Of a stretch of 64,000 bases of DNA, positions 1 through 11,957 are shown piece after piece; position 1 is the first letter of the stretch; every line of letters begins with the position of its first letter. Location of the stretch: positions 16,437,653 to 16,501,652 of the forward strand of contig NC_134028.1 in assembly GCF_964204645.1 (NCBI RefSeq). The letters run 5' to 3'. Origin of the DNA: Tubulanus polymorphus. Taxonomy: Eukaryota; Animalia; Nemertea. Under the pieces are notes generated by a model. The model saw only the letters and a list, made by a program, of their open reading frames with translations. It ran no database searches and was not told the DNA's origin. A program made the position numbers and the translations under genes.

Positions 1-2535
1 ATCCGGACAGCAGAATTTTGAACACGTTGTAATTTATCTAAAATAATGTCAGGGAGGCCAAAAAGTAAAGAGTTGCAATAGTCAAGGCGAGTTGTCACAA
101 AAGCGTGAATAAGGCGTTCAGCAATTCCTTGATTCAAAAACTGTCCGATCTTACTAATGTTTCTAAGGTGATAAAAAGCTACAGAGCATAAGTGGTTTAC
201 ATGTTTTACCATGGACATGATTTATCTGACCAATTCGGTGTTTAACACGAGCGAGTAGAGTATCGTGGTCAATAGTGTCGAAGGCGGCGCTCAAATCGAG
301 CATAACCAGCCCAACTACCATACCCTGGTCAATTGACATCAAAATATCATTTAGAACACGTACAAGAGCAGTCTCTGTACTACAACCTGACTTATAAGCC
401 GACTGGTAAACCTAATGTAAACCATTATTTTGAAGACGTTGATTAAGCTGATGAGCTACTACTCGCTCCATTACTTTTGATATGAAATGCTGAGTAGACA
501 CTGGTCGGTAATTCTTGAGACATTCAACATCAAGACTAGGTTTTTTTTAAAGTGGATGAATATATGCAACTTTATAAGAGTCCGGAAAAACACCGAGACA
601 TTTGTTAATCATAACAGTAAAAAACGGAATGAGGTAAGGTAGAGCTGCTTTTAACAGCCATGTAGGAATGGCATCGAGTTTACAATGCTTAGAAGGAGAC
701 TGCATTATAAATTTGGCCAGCTCAGCCTCTGTAACCAACTTAAATTCATCCAAGTGAATACCATTGAATTCGGGTTCGTCCAAGACTGTAGTTGAAGGAC
801 TAGGATAATCAAGTTTGTCCCTGATGTTGGTTATCTTTGCTTGAAAGAAATTAGCAAAGTTGTTGGCGAGTACAGTCTTGGTGGAACACGATGGTAAATG
901 AGTAGTACATTTGCGGTTTAGGAGGTTATCTATAATTTCAGACAACCTCTTAGGATTGTTATAATTACTATTTATCTTATCAGCTAAATGCTGTTTTTAG
1001 CTGATAAGATGAGACAATTTACAAAATTTCTCTGAGTAACGAACATTTCTCTATGAATTGAAAGTTTAGTTGCTCGCCATTGCTTTTCCAATTTACGGCG
1101 TAGCTTTTTAGCTATGCGAATGTCATCATTAAACCAAGGAGCGTGGGGACGAAGTATAATTGGCTTTGTAACAACAGGGGCATGTTCGTCCAGTGAAGAG
1201 GTCAGAGCAGCGTCTAGCTCCAAGGCCATGACGCGGGGATCGCGAAAATTTAAAATATCCACTCTACTCTTGAACGACTCACTGAATTCACAGACATTGA
1301 TATTTCTAAGTTTTCTGTAAGATATAGTTTTAGTTGAAGCACACGGACGTGAGATGTTGACAGTAAAGTTAACTGGAAAATGATCGGAAAGTCCAATATC
1401 AGCAGCATTGATAGATCGAACAAATGAATCTTCAGAAAGGCGGGTGATCACTAAATCCAATGTATGGCCCTTCCTGTACGTTGGTACATTGACATGTTGA
1501 CAGAGGTTGAAGGAATGCAGAAATGATAAAAATCTCTTGGCAGTTGAATCTTTTCGATCATCCACATGGAAATTTATATCACCAACAACTAATAATTTAC
1601 TAGAACAAGCAATGGTTTCTTCTAGGAGATTTCCAAATTCAGTCAGAAACTGGGAAACAGTAAATCTATTCTTTCTGTTTGGAGGTGGGCGATAAATGTT
1701 TATCAGACGTATACAGTCTTCTTTAAAAATCAAGTCTATAGTTATCGCATCGAAACTCTTGGCATTTGGAAGTTTAACCTCCTTCGGTTGGAAGGTGGCA
1801 TCATAGATAATTCCGGCACCGCCGCCCTTTCCATTACACCTGGGTGAGTGCATTAAGTTATAACCAGACTGTTTAAAGTTGGCCTTCAAAATGCAGTCAT
1901 TATCGGTCATCCAAGTTTCAGATACAGCAGCAATTGAGACTGAATGATCAAAAAGATAATCAGATACGGCTAGCGATTTGTTACAGATAGATTGAGCATT
2001 GATGACTGCGAGGTTAAGTTTTAAATCAGATTTGTCCTTGACCATAAGCACATATATTAAGTTTTTCTGATTGACTAAGTTAAAAGTCTGGTCAGGAATT
2101 GACGGTCTGTTTGACATTATGACAGGAATAGCACCATTGTCAGCTTCACCATAGTAGAAGTAATTCCTTTTGTTGAGTTTTGATCCACCTCTACAACCAC
2201 GACTGGTTGATTGTTTGGCATTGCTCGATAGTTCATGCAATCTGTCATAAATTGGTTTTGATATTCTGTATGTTGAACTGAGGTCACCAAGTCCTTTAAT
2301 AACATTCCAAATACTATGCCGTGCTGCCATCTTCATAAATATAATCCAAATAAATTCTTCAGACTAAAAACGCCATTTGTTCAGTAAAACCGCAAAGTTA
2401 AAAGTTAATAAATGCATGTATAGAATCCTGATGTATTCACTGATGTACTGGTATCCAATGTCGGAGTCGAAATAAAATCACAGCTGAATAAAACTACTTT
2501 AGTCAAAACAGTGCAGCCACAACACGGCGCGACCT
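1..2535 (-). mobile_element. L2-clade LINE, degenerate (APE endonuclease + partial RT), runs off the window start
   Basis: ORF 984-2336 has the RGCRGG leader and APE motifs (INAQS, SETW, IYRPP, GDINFH, GHTLDL, SDH). RT fragments NYRPVS, QSAY..STETAL, LDLSAAFDTIDH. C-terminus FYHLRNISKI...HAFVTTRLDYCNSLLFGLP is typical of L2. Stops and frameshifts present. Confidence 0.9.
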
Positions 2536-3144
2536 ATGCATTTACATACATCCCCGATTTTCAGGAAATTAGAAATTCTTAAACTGGATGATATTTACAG
2601 ACTTCAAATTAGATCGCTTGCCTTCTTAAGTATCAACCTTTTATTACCGACCATTTTCAAAGATTTTTTCATTCTCAGGAACACCCAAAATCTTCGTTCT
2701 AGTCGTGGCTTCATCAATAGATTTTGCTAAATCTAAATACAAGTATACACCTATGAAAATTCAAGGAGCGAAATTCTTGAGTAGTTAACCAGAGAAATTA
2801 AAATCTCTAGACTCGATATCCAACTATAAAATTCAGCTTCAGCGTTATCTTCGTTCCACTTATTAATTATCTGTGTAATCTTTTATAACGTGCCACATTA
2901 CTTTATCTGCAATTGTCTATGTATATTATGTATATTTGGTTTGTTTGGTAAACTAGGAATGAATGTGAATTGGTGTATATGTCTGTGTGTATGTGAGAGT
3001 GTATGGACGAGGGATTAGGACTAGATTAAGCCAACTTTGGCTTCTCCTAATTCCTCGCATAATTTATTGGTACATTGTTTTCCATATATTGTGTATTCAT
3101 TTGTAAACTCTGTAACAATCTTTTATGCAAATAAATCATATCAT
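2536..3144 (+). mobile_element. 5'-truncated Crack/CR1-group LINE 3' end
   Basis: HTSPIFRKLEILKLDDIY ORF2 tail motif, 3' UTR stem-loop (gagggattagga...tcctaattcctc, about 3009-3056), then aataaa and a short (atcat) tail. Confidence 0.75.
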
Positions 3145-6100
3145 AGCGCTTTGAAAGCTACTGCACATTGTCCGTGTATGTAGTAGTGAGCTTAGGAAAC
3201 AACATTTATTAACGTACCTGGACCACGAGTCATACCAGGCGGTAAAAAACCTCCGTCTCGCCCCATCCCTGGATTACAATAGTTTTGTTGAGGGGATAAA
3301 GGACCGTATGTCATTGACACGGTCAGCTTCCGATTTCAAAATGATGTTGAAATCTCGGGAGCAGAAACCCCAAGAAAACATCGGGCACTACGCGGATGCA
3401 TTGACAGAACTCGCACAGAGCGCGTATCCAGGGGTTGATCACAGTTTGCAGGATGAGTTGGCACGTGACCAATTCTTGGCCGGTGTGGCGGTACCCTCGA
3501 GTGTTTGGGAGCAGTTATACGTGGCTCAGCCACAGTCCCTATCGGAGGCTGAGTCATTGGCTCGGGTCATGAGACTGCCCGGCGCCTGACTGAGAGACAC
3601 GAGTCCAGAACCCGTCGTCGACATGTAATTGAGGTGAAGGCCAGTCAGACGGATGAGCTACTTTCAGAACTCGTGGGCCTCGTCAAGGGTTTGAATGTCC
3701 GGGTGGACGGTTTAGAGGCCAGGGTTAACACACAGACTCAGGCCAACTCCCAGGGGAGGGACAACACATGCTGGAGGTGTCGAGAGCCGGATCATACAGC
3801 GGATACATGTCCCTAGGTTACATGTCATCCATGTTCTGGAAGAGGTGTCTTTGCCAGGAACTGCCCCGGGAAACAGGGAAACGATTACAGGCGGTCCTCC
3901 AGTGGGCAAGGAAATCGCCGCCAATAAAGAGACCCTCCACATATATGATGGAGAAATATCTGCCTCCACACAGTAGAATCCGGAAACATGTTCCTTCACC
4001 CGTTAACGATTCCGTACATGATAGAGCCCAATTGTAAATAATTCAATATTTGTAGATAGTTCACTAGACGCTTGCGTAAGGGAAATTGTTGGGAAAAAAA
4101 TTCTTGACGGAACCGATACGACAGGTCGTACATATATGGAAAAGCAGGCAACTTTAAATGTTTTAACTCCATACCTAGATATCTCACTATCGGTCGGTCA
4201 ACTGGGTGATTGAATTTCGGATGGTTCTCCTCTGAGGCAGGAGACAGTTTTAAATAGTTTACCTCCGTGCCCAGATAACTCTCTGTTGATAAAGTCACAC
4301 GAAGATACGGTCGTAACCACAATAACAACTGACCAGCCAGATGTGTCAATAGGTCCGAGCTGCCCCGTGGCTGAGAAAATGGTCCGTCGTGTCGATTTGA
4401 GAGACACTGGGCTTTACTGCCCTGGTATCCTTAATGGTTCAACACGTACGTCTATACTCTTAGACACCGGTGCCTCTGTGACTTTGTTGAAAACCTCTGT
4501 CTGGGAGAAGAGTCGTAGGACCGATTAGGGAAATCTGCTGCCAGTCGACTTCGCGTTAGCCACTGCCACGGTTGCGAACATGAATGTTCATGGGGTAGCC
4601 AAGGTAGAGCTCCAGTTGGGAACCTGTAGATTCATGGTCCCCATGGTAATAGCCGATGACTTGGCTCAGGAGTGCCTGCTGGGTAGTGACTTCTTTGAAC
4701 AGAATGGTTGCATTATTGATTACCCTGGTAGAGTTCTGTAGTGTGGCCTTACACATGTACCATTGGAGACCAAGAATGCACGACCTAGTTGCTGTCGTTT
4801 GTTCCTGACCGAGACTTGTTATATTCCGGGAGGCCATGAGGTCGTAGCCACTGCGTATTTCAAGCATAGATATAGTGTAAATAACAATTTTGTTGGTATA
4901 GTTGGTCGAGGGAACAGTACTCCGTGCCTGGCTGGCAAATCTCTGGTATGTCCGCGGGATGGGAAGGTAACAGTCCGCCTGGCGAAATTTTCGGATGACA
5001 CCCTTAGGGTCCGTCGAGGGGAGTTTGTGGGTTTTTTCTCACCTATCGAATCAGTCGATGTACTCACTGTGCAAGACACTTCTGGTTTGACGGAGACGGA
5101 ACTGCCTCAGCCCCAACACGATCCCCATGATTTAAAGGAACAATTTTGTTGGTATAGTTGGTCGAGGGAACAGTACTCCGTGCCTGGCTGGCAAATCTCT
5201 GGTATGTCCGCGGGATGGGAAGGTAACAGTCCGCCTGGCAAATTTTTCGGATGACACCCTTAGGGTCCGTCGAGGGGAGTTTGTGGGTTTTTTCTCACCT
5301 ATCGAATCAATCGATATACTCACTGTGGAAGACACTTCTGGTTTGTCGGAGACGGAACTGCCTCAGCCCCAACACGATCCCCATGATTTAAAGGGTCTTT
5401 ACGACGAACTAAATGTGGATAGTCTCGAGATTTCGGAGGGTGATCAGGAGGATTTGAAGAGGGTCCTAGCGCAGCATCAGGGTGTATTTTCTCAGGGGAA
5501 TGTGATATTGGGAGGACACCCCTCATTAAGTTTGAGGTTGATACCGGGGAGCAGAAGCCGATTAGGCAGCATCAACGACGTCTGCCGCCCCATTACAAGC
5601 AATTTGTTGAGGGGTACACTGCAGAACTGTGTGACCAAGGTCTTATCAGGCCATCCCAGTCACCTTGGGCTAGCCCAATCGTCCTAGCCAAGAAAAGAGA
5701 TGGCAGTTTGCGTCTGTGCTGTGACTACAGGAGATTAAACGACGTCACAACTAAAGACAGTCACCCATTGGGGCGAAAAGATTCTACCCTCGAGGCACTT
5801 TCGGGATCGTCCTGGTACTCCTCTCTGGATCTGACCAGTGGCTACTCGCAAGTGTCGATCCAAGAATGTGACAAACCAAAAACAGCTTTTTGTGCCGAGA
5901 ACCGTTTGTGGGAGGGAATGTTATGCCATTCGGTCTCACAAATGCTCCGGCCTGTTTCACACGGCTCATGTCTTTGGATCTTGAATATGTGTCATGGAAA
6001 ACAGCCTTGATGATGTCATAGTCCACTCTGCGGATGTGGCGTCCCACATTTCTAAGCTGTCAGAGGCATTCGGTTGTTTCAAAGCAGCAAATATGAAATT

Positions 6101-7733
6101 GAAGCCAAGAAAATGTCACCTCATCCAAAAGCGGTTAAAATTCTTGGGCCATGTCGTGAGTGGAAACGGAATTGAAACTGACCGGGCAAAAATTGACAAA
6201 GTCCTTGGTTGGTCAGCCCCTACCAATGTATCAGAAGTACGAAGTGTCACTGGCCTCGTCACTTACTATTCAAGATTCATCAAGGAATATGTGGAAATGT
6301 GTAAACCCCTCCATCTGCTCACAAAGAAGGGTCAGCCTTTCGAATGGGGTATCAGTCAGCAAAGAGCATTCGAAGAATGCGTTGACAAGCCGTCCAGTAC
6401 TGGCCTTCCCTGATTTTTCAGAGGGATCGCGGAAATTCATAGTTTCTTGTGATGCTAGTAACTGGGCTATAGGTTCAGTTCTTTCACAGTTGCAAGGCGA
6501 TCACACAGAACGAGTAATAGCATATTGGGGTCGAGTTTTGAGAGGCGGGGAGGAGAACTATTGCGCCACGAGGCAAGAAATGCTTTCTCTAGTCGAATCA
6601 ATTGACTATTTCCGCCACTACTTATTGGGCGGTAAGTTCCTTGTCCGGACTGACCACGCAGCCCTAAAGTGGCTTCGGTCATCCAATATTCTATCAGGCC
6701 AAGTCGCCTACTGGAATGAAAGGCTGGCTATCTCACCTCGATAATGGTATATCCGGTTGGCACTTAGGGACAACTAAGATAAAAGTCCGCCAACGTTTTT
6801 GGTGTTTCGGACTGGCGAAAGCAGTCAATAGCTTAACCAAGCAGTGCCGTAAATGTCAGCAATGCAAAAACCCTCCTAAACGACCTAAAGCGCCACTGGT
6901 ACCAACGCCAATCGTTAGGAGAGGACAAAGGCTGCATATCGACATTGTTGGCCCACTGCAACGAACAAAACGTAAACGTGGGAACCTTTATATCATTGTG
7001 GTGCGGGACGCTTTCACCAAGTGGGTTGAGGCCTGGCCGGCCAGAAACCAGAAAACACCAACAGTTGCCAGGAAGGTCGTGAACGAATGGATCACACGCT
7101 ACGGATGCCCCGAAAGTATTCATTCGGGGCGTGGATCCAATTTTGAATCTCGACTCTTCAGTGAGATGTTGAGCCTGCTTGATATTGATATGACCAGAAC
7201 GACCGCCTATCACCCCATGGGAAACGGCCAGGTCGAGAATTTTAACAAGTCTGTAAGTTAATGTTGACCACGACGGTGAATGACTGGGACGAGAAACTTC
7301 AGTCCTGATTGATGGCTTTTCGTTCCAGTGTGCAGGAATCGAATCTAATGTGCGAAAAGCCATTTTTCATGATATTTGGCAGTTAGATGACCTTACCACT
7401 GGAAGTTTTAGTTAGCCCTCCTGAGAAACCTGTCCACCTGACCAAGTTTAGCCAGGACATGTGTAGAAACCTGACTGAAGCTCATCAGAAAGTCCGTGAC
7501 AGGCTTGGAAAAGCCCAACGACGTCAGACAGCAAATTACGATAGATTTGCTTAGCGTTTTCACCGTGGGTGACCGGGTATAGAGGTATAGCCATGCCCTC
7601 AAGACTGGTGAGGCAGCCAAGTTCCATAAGCGCTTGATGGGTCCTTACATTATTGTTGAGAAAATCTCTGAGGTCACTTACCGGGTTCCGTTGGAGGGGG
7701 TTTAGGAACCAAGGTTCGGACAGTGCATTTAAT
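3145..7733 (+). mobile_element. Ty3/Gypsy LTR retrotransposon internal region, degenerate, no LTRs
   Basis: Gag (Q.P.E.I..YAD.L..LA..AYP; knuckle CWRCREPDHTADTC), protease LLDTGAS, RT (RLCCDYRRLN, LDLTSGY, LDDVIV, FLGH), RNase H (CDASNWAIGSVL, VRTDHAAL.WL), integrase (C..CQ..K, IDIVGP, TAYHPMGNGQVE). Order RT-RH-IN. Many frameshifts. Confidence 0.95.
4883..5394 (+). repeat. 256-bp tandem duplication inside Gypsy pol
   Basis: 4883-5138 is repeated at 5139-5394 with a handful of substitutions. The length is not a multiple of 3. Confidence 0.95.
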
Positions 7734-7779
7734 TGATCATAAAGATGATAATATTGATATTATTCCTCATGATATAAAA

Positions 7780-8150
7780 AAAATAAATTAAAATTATATT
7801 TGGAAAAAAAATATTAGAATTTGAAAATGATTTAAAAGTTATAGTTAAAAAAAAATTTTAAAAGCAAAATTATATATCATTTTATTATAAGTGGTTCAGT
7901 TACAATTAGGTCTGTAATAACATTTTTAGCAATATGTTCACCATTAACACCTTTAGCTATCTCAATGATAGGACTATCATCAAGTGTTTTAACCGGAATA
8001 AGTTCAAAATTGAATATAAAAAGTAATAAAGAAAAAAGTAAATCTAATAAAAAAGTAATAAATAAATTAAAAAATACATTAGATTATATAATAAGTTTAA
8101 ATGGTAATATAACAATTGATGAACAAGATTTAAAAGAATTAATGTTATTA
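7780..8150 (+). pseudogene. Small viral-type ORF with hydrophobic hairpin and Lys-rich tail
   Basis: ...IISGSVTIRSVITFLAICSPLTPLAISMIGLSSSVLTGISSKLNIKSNKEK... with disruptions, lying within the viral block. Confidence 0.4.
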
Positions 8151-8169
8151 ATTTTTTATTATATAATAA

Positions 8170-8960
8170 ATGGTAGATGGTTTACAAAAAGCTTTTCAAT
8201 AAAATAAATCAATTAAATATAATATCCCAGTAATAGATTTTAATAAAAATATTACATATAGAAATGAAGTTGCTTTAAATTCAATAATTAATCTAGATAT
8301 TTATGTTACTGAAACTAATAATTTTAATGTAAAGATGGAAAATATATTCCATGTATACTTAATTAATTTCAAAAAATTGAAAGATGAAAAACAATGGTTA
8401 TTAAAATCTAATATGAAATATTGGCAGTACCAATTAAATTTTGCAGTTTATTGCGCAACTACAGGTTGTGGAATTAGTTGAAATGATCATTCAAATAATT
8501 CAAACTATATATTAATTCAAAGTTTATTCAGATTTCATCCTTATTTTCAAATCAGAATCAAATTAAATGAATTAGAATGTCCTTTACCGGGGTCAAAATA
8601 TTTGAAAGAATTAGATAATAATATTACTTTATCAAAGTTTTATAAAATTTGTAACGAATTTAATATAAATATGAATAATTCTGATTTTAGAACAAAAATT
8701 GGAACAATTAGATCAATTCCATTTCCTGAAAATATTGTAAATTATTGCACACTTCCCATACCATATAATAGTTTTTACAATATATATAATAATCAATTGG
8801 GTTATGGTAAAATAGAAAACATGGATTTAAAAACATTAAATTTCAATAAATTACCGAAATTTTATGAAAATTTAAAACAAGAAAACAATAATGGTTGGGT
8901 TTTTTTTATTTTAGAAAATAGTGAAGGTTTTACAAAATCAAGAATTAGAAGAATTAGATA
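8170..8960 (+). pseudogene. Conserved Polinton-like virus hypothetical protein (QLNFAVYCATTGCG motif), truncated
   Basis: Reading through stops: WQYQLNFAVYCATTGCGIS..H..SLFRFHPYFQIR..L.EL..PLP..KICNEF..W.FFILENSEGFT. I recall this motif string from proteins encoded beside this capsid type in invertebrate genomes. Confidence 0.6.
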
Positions 8961-9510
8961 TATTTTCTGATAAAACAATTAGAGAAATTATTAGTATAAG
9001 ACTTGCATCTGATAAAATTGCGCACGGTAAAATTATGAGATTTTAAAATCAAAACTTTAGAAAAGGAATTATGTAAAGCACATGAAGAATTAAAACAATT
9101 AAAGTCTGATTTAAATCATCAAGTAATTGATGAAATAGAATTATTATTTAAACTAGAAGGTATCACAATTCTTTCGATTTTAACTGCTGTAACTATGATT
9201 TTTACAACAATAGGTTTAGCTATTTCAAATTCATTAAAATCTACACCAAATCCTAATAAACCGGATAAACCACCAAATGATAATGATTCTATACAAGATA
9301 AAGTTAAAGATGGTTTAAAAAATTAGCAAAATATTTATGGCAATTATCTCAAAAATCAGCTGCAGCTTTACCTGGAGTTTTAGCATCATTTGGTTTTGTT
9401 TTAATATATGCTTGAAATATTATTAGTTTTGCTGCTGAACATATTATTTTATTTTTAATTACAGTTGTTAGTGCAATTATTTTTGGACTAGTAAACATGA
9501 TACAAAATAA
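8961..9510 (+). pseudogene. Coiled-coil plus membrane-helix viral protein, C-terminal part
   Basis: LFKLEGITILSILTAVTMIFTTIGLAI, Pro-rich linker, KVKDGLK.LAKYLWQLSQKSAAALPGV, hydrophobic tail. Directly upstream of the capsid gene. Confidence 0.6.
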
Positions 9511-9529
9511 TTTTTTTTTTCTTAAATAA

Positions 9530-10763
9530 ATGAGTTGGAGTAATATAAATCCTACTAAGAATTCTAGAATATCTAATTCAATTAAAGAGAGATCTCATCA
9601 TATCATTACTCGTAATATATCTAATATTAATCCTGATGAAACTTTGTATGTTAGAATTCCTCGATTAACACAAAATACTTTTTACGTTCCAAATAGTATT
9701 CATTTATCAGCTGATATAAAAGTAACTGGTAATGATAATAATTATGTCGTAGATAATGTTGGAAGATATTTAATTAAACAATTAATTATAAAGATTGGAC
9801 CAGAAACAGTTTTTTCATTAGATGATTATAATTTATTTACGCATCATAGAGATTTATGGTTAACAAAAAAAAATAAGATAATATGATATTTCAAGGCATC
9901 CAATCAGAAAACCAAAGTAAAGATCTGAAGCACATAACGTAGTAACTAATGACATAGATAATTTAATGAAATAGATTTATGGAAGCAAATATAAAATTCC
10001 ATTAGACTTTGAATTGATAAATAATAATGCACCTTTATATAAATATCCAATTCAAGAAGATATTAGATTCAAAATAACAATTGCTCCTATTAATGAAATT
10101 GTGCAATCTATCGTTGTTAAAGATATGGGTTATAAATTATTGAATATATGTTTAGTATATGACACAGTAACTGATGAAAATATTGCTAACACATTTCAAA
10201 CTAAATACAATCAATGATTTTCATTATTATATGATTATATTGATAAATTCAAAACTGTAACTATTAATGCAAATGATGAAATAATTAATGAGAATATTAA
10301 CCTCCCAAGAAGATCTATTAAAGGTATATTAATACTTTTTACCATTGCAACATATTCCAATGGTGCGATAAAGGTTGATAATCATTATACTCCTGAAATA
10401 TCAAAAGTAGAGATAACTATTGAAGTTATAGCAAATAAAATATTTTGTCAGGGAATGAGAATGATAGATCAATGGGTAGAAATTGAAAAAACATTTCATG
10501 ATTGAAAAAAAATAAACTGAACATTGTAATATTAATCAAATTGATTATTATACCGGCAATAGATATGTATTATGGTTAGATTTTAGAACAGCAGAGGATA
10601 ACCTATTCCATGGTTCTGGGAAAAAATTACAAAATACAAAAAATGGAATACAATTATTCATGAAAAACAAAAAAGAGGTTTAAATTACAAAATGCATATT
10701 TATATTATATCTGACGCGCAATTAAATATCATAAATTCTCAATTAGATAGCGTTATGTATTAA
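9530..10763 (+). pseudogene. Major capsid protein (double jelly-roll/hexon-like) of a Polinton-like virus
   Basis: About 410 codons with stops and frameshifts: N.SNINPDETLYVRIPRL..VP...NVGRYLIKQL.IKI...DLW; NINLPRRSIKGILILF; PEISKVEITIE; YVLWLDFRT.EDN.FHGSG; YIISDAQLNI. Matches my recollection of invertebrate Polinton-like/adintovirus MCPs. Confidence 0.8.
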
Positions 10764-10796
10764 TATAATCATCTTTAATAAAATTTTATATATTAA

Positions 10797-11230
10797 ATGG
10801 AAGGTGGAATACATGAAATACAAACTCCAAGTGAAATGACATCAGATATATATTATATAATACCTTATGAATATAGTAAGTATTTTGGAGAATTCTATAA
10901 TTAATTCAAGTATAGAATAAGTAAAATAGATAAGAATATTGAAACTGAAATAGAGGATAATATTGAACCTAAAATAGAATATACTAATAAAATTGAACCT
11001 GAAGAAAGAAGATACCTAAAATAGAGGATAATGATATACCTTCTACATATAATAATGATATACCTTCTACATATGATTGTAATATATATTGTTATCCATA
11101 ATATTGTGATATATGTATGAAATATATACAATATAAAAATTGGGCATCACATAAGAAATCAAAGAAACATGTAGAAAAAGAAATAATAATGATAATGCAA
11201 TTGAAACTAATGATAATAATATAACAGATA
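10797..11230 (+). pseudogene. Small acidic ORF with C2H2 (U1/matrin-like) zinc finger
   Basis: ATG at 10797; YCDICMKYIQYKNWASHKKSKKH at about 11102-11170; internal stops. Confidence 0.5.
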
Positions 11231-11514
11231 AAACTATTTATATATCTATATACTAGACATAAGTACGAATCTTGGAATAATTCTTGGAAGAATATATGAT
11301 ATAACATTTTAGAAAATAATATAAATTGATTATATTTAAAAATTAATTAGAAATATAAATTTAATACATATTTGTAACTTATTCAAACGTAAACTATGAA
11401 CATTTGAAAATTTAACATAAATGTTTAACATTGAAAGTTTTAACATAATTCATATTTAGAATAATTATTGTAAAACTATTTATATATCTATGTACTAGAC
11501 GTACGTAAGAATTC

Positions 11515-11957
11515 TTACCAAGATTCTTCCAAGATTCTTACTCGTATTTCTAGTACATAGATATCTAAATAGTTTCTATAATTTGAATTATATAAATTTT
11601 CTTTAATAAATTTATATTCATATGGAAATGGAAGCCTCAGTAATAATTTTGAACCTTTATTACTTTTTAATTTATACGTATATTCATTATGTAATTCAGT
11701 AGGTATAATTGGATTTTCTTCCAATGATTGTTGCATAGATTTTCTATCTTTGTTATAAAATAATACTAAATATCTGATGTTTTCCCTAAAAATTTTCACA
11801 ATCGAATTATATTTTTGATTTAAAACCCATGTCGTTATCCCTAAATGTCTCCCAGAGAATGCTAGATAACATAGTATACTTAATATAGTCACTTTCTATA
11901 ACTTTTGAATCATGTAAATTTGCACAATCGTCAAAAATAAATAATGTATTTGTTCCT
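11515..11957 (-). pseudogene. A32/FtsK-like DNA packaging ATPase, C-terminal half
   Basis: Walker B TLFIFDDCA (about 11921-11950), then LAFSGRHLGITTWVLNQKYNSIVKIFRENIRYLVLFY (GRH arginine-finger and sensor motifs). The Walker A half is missing. Confidence 0.8.
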
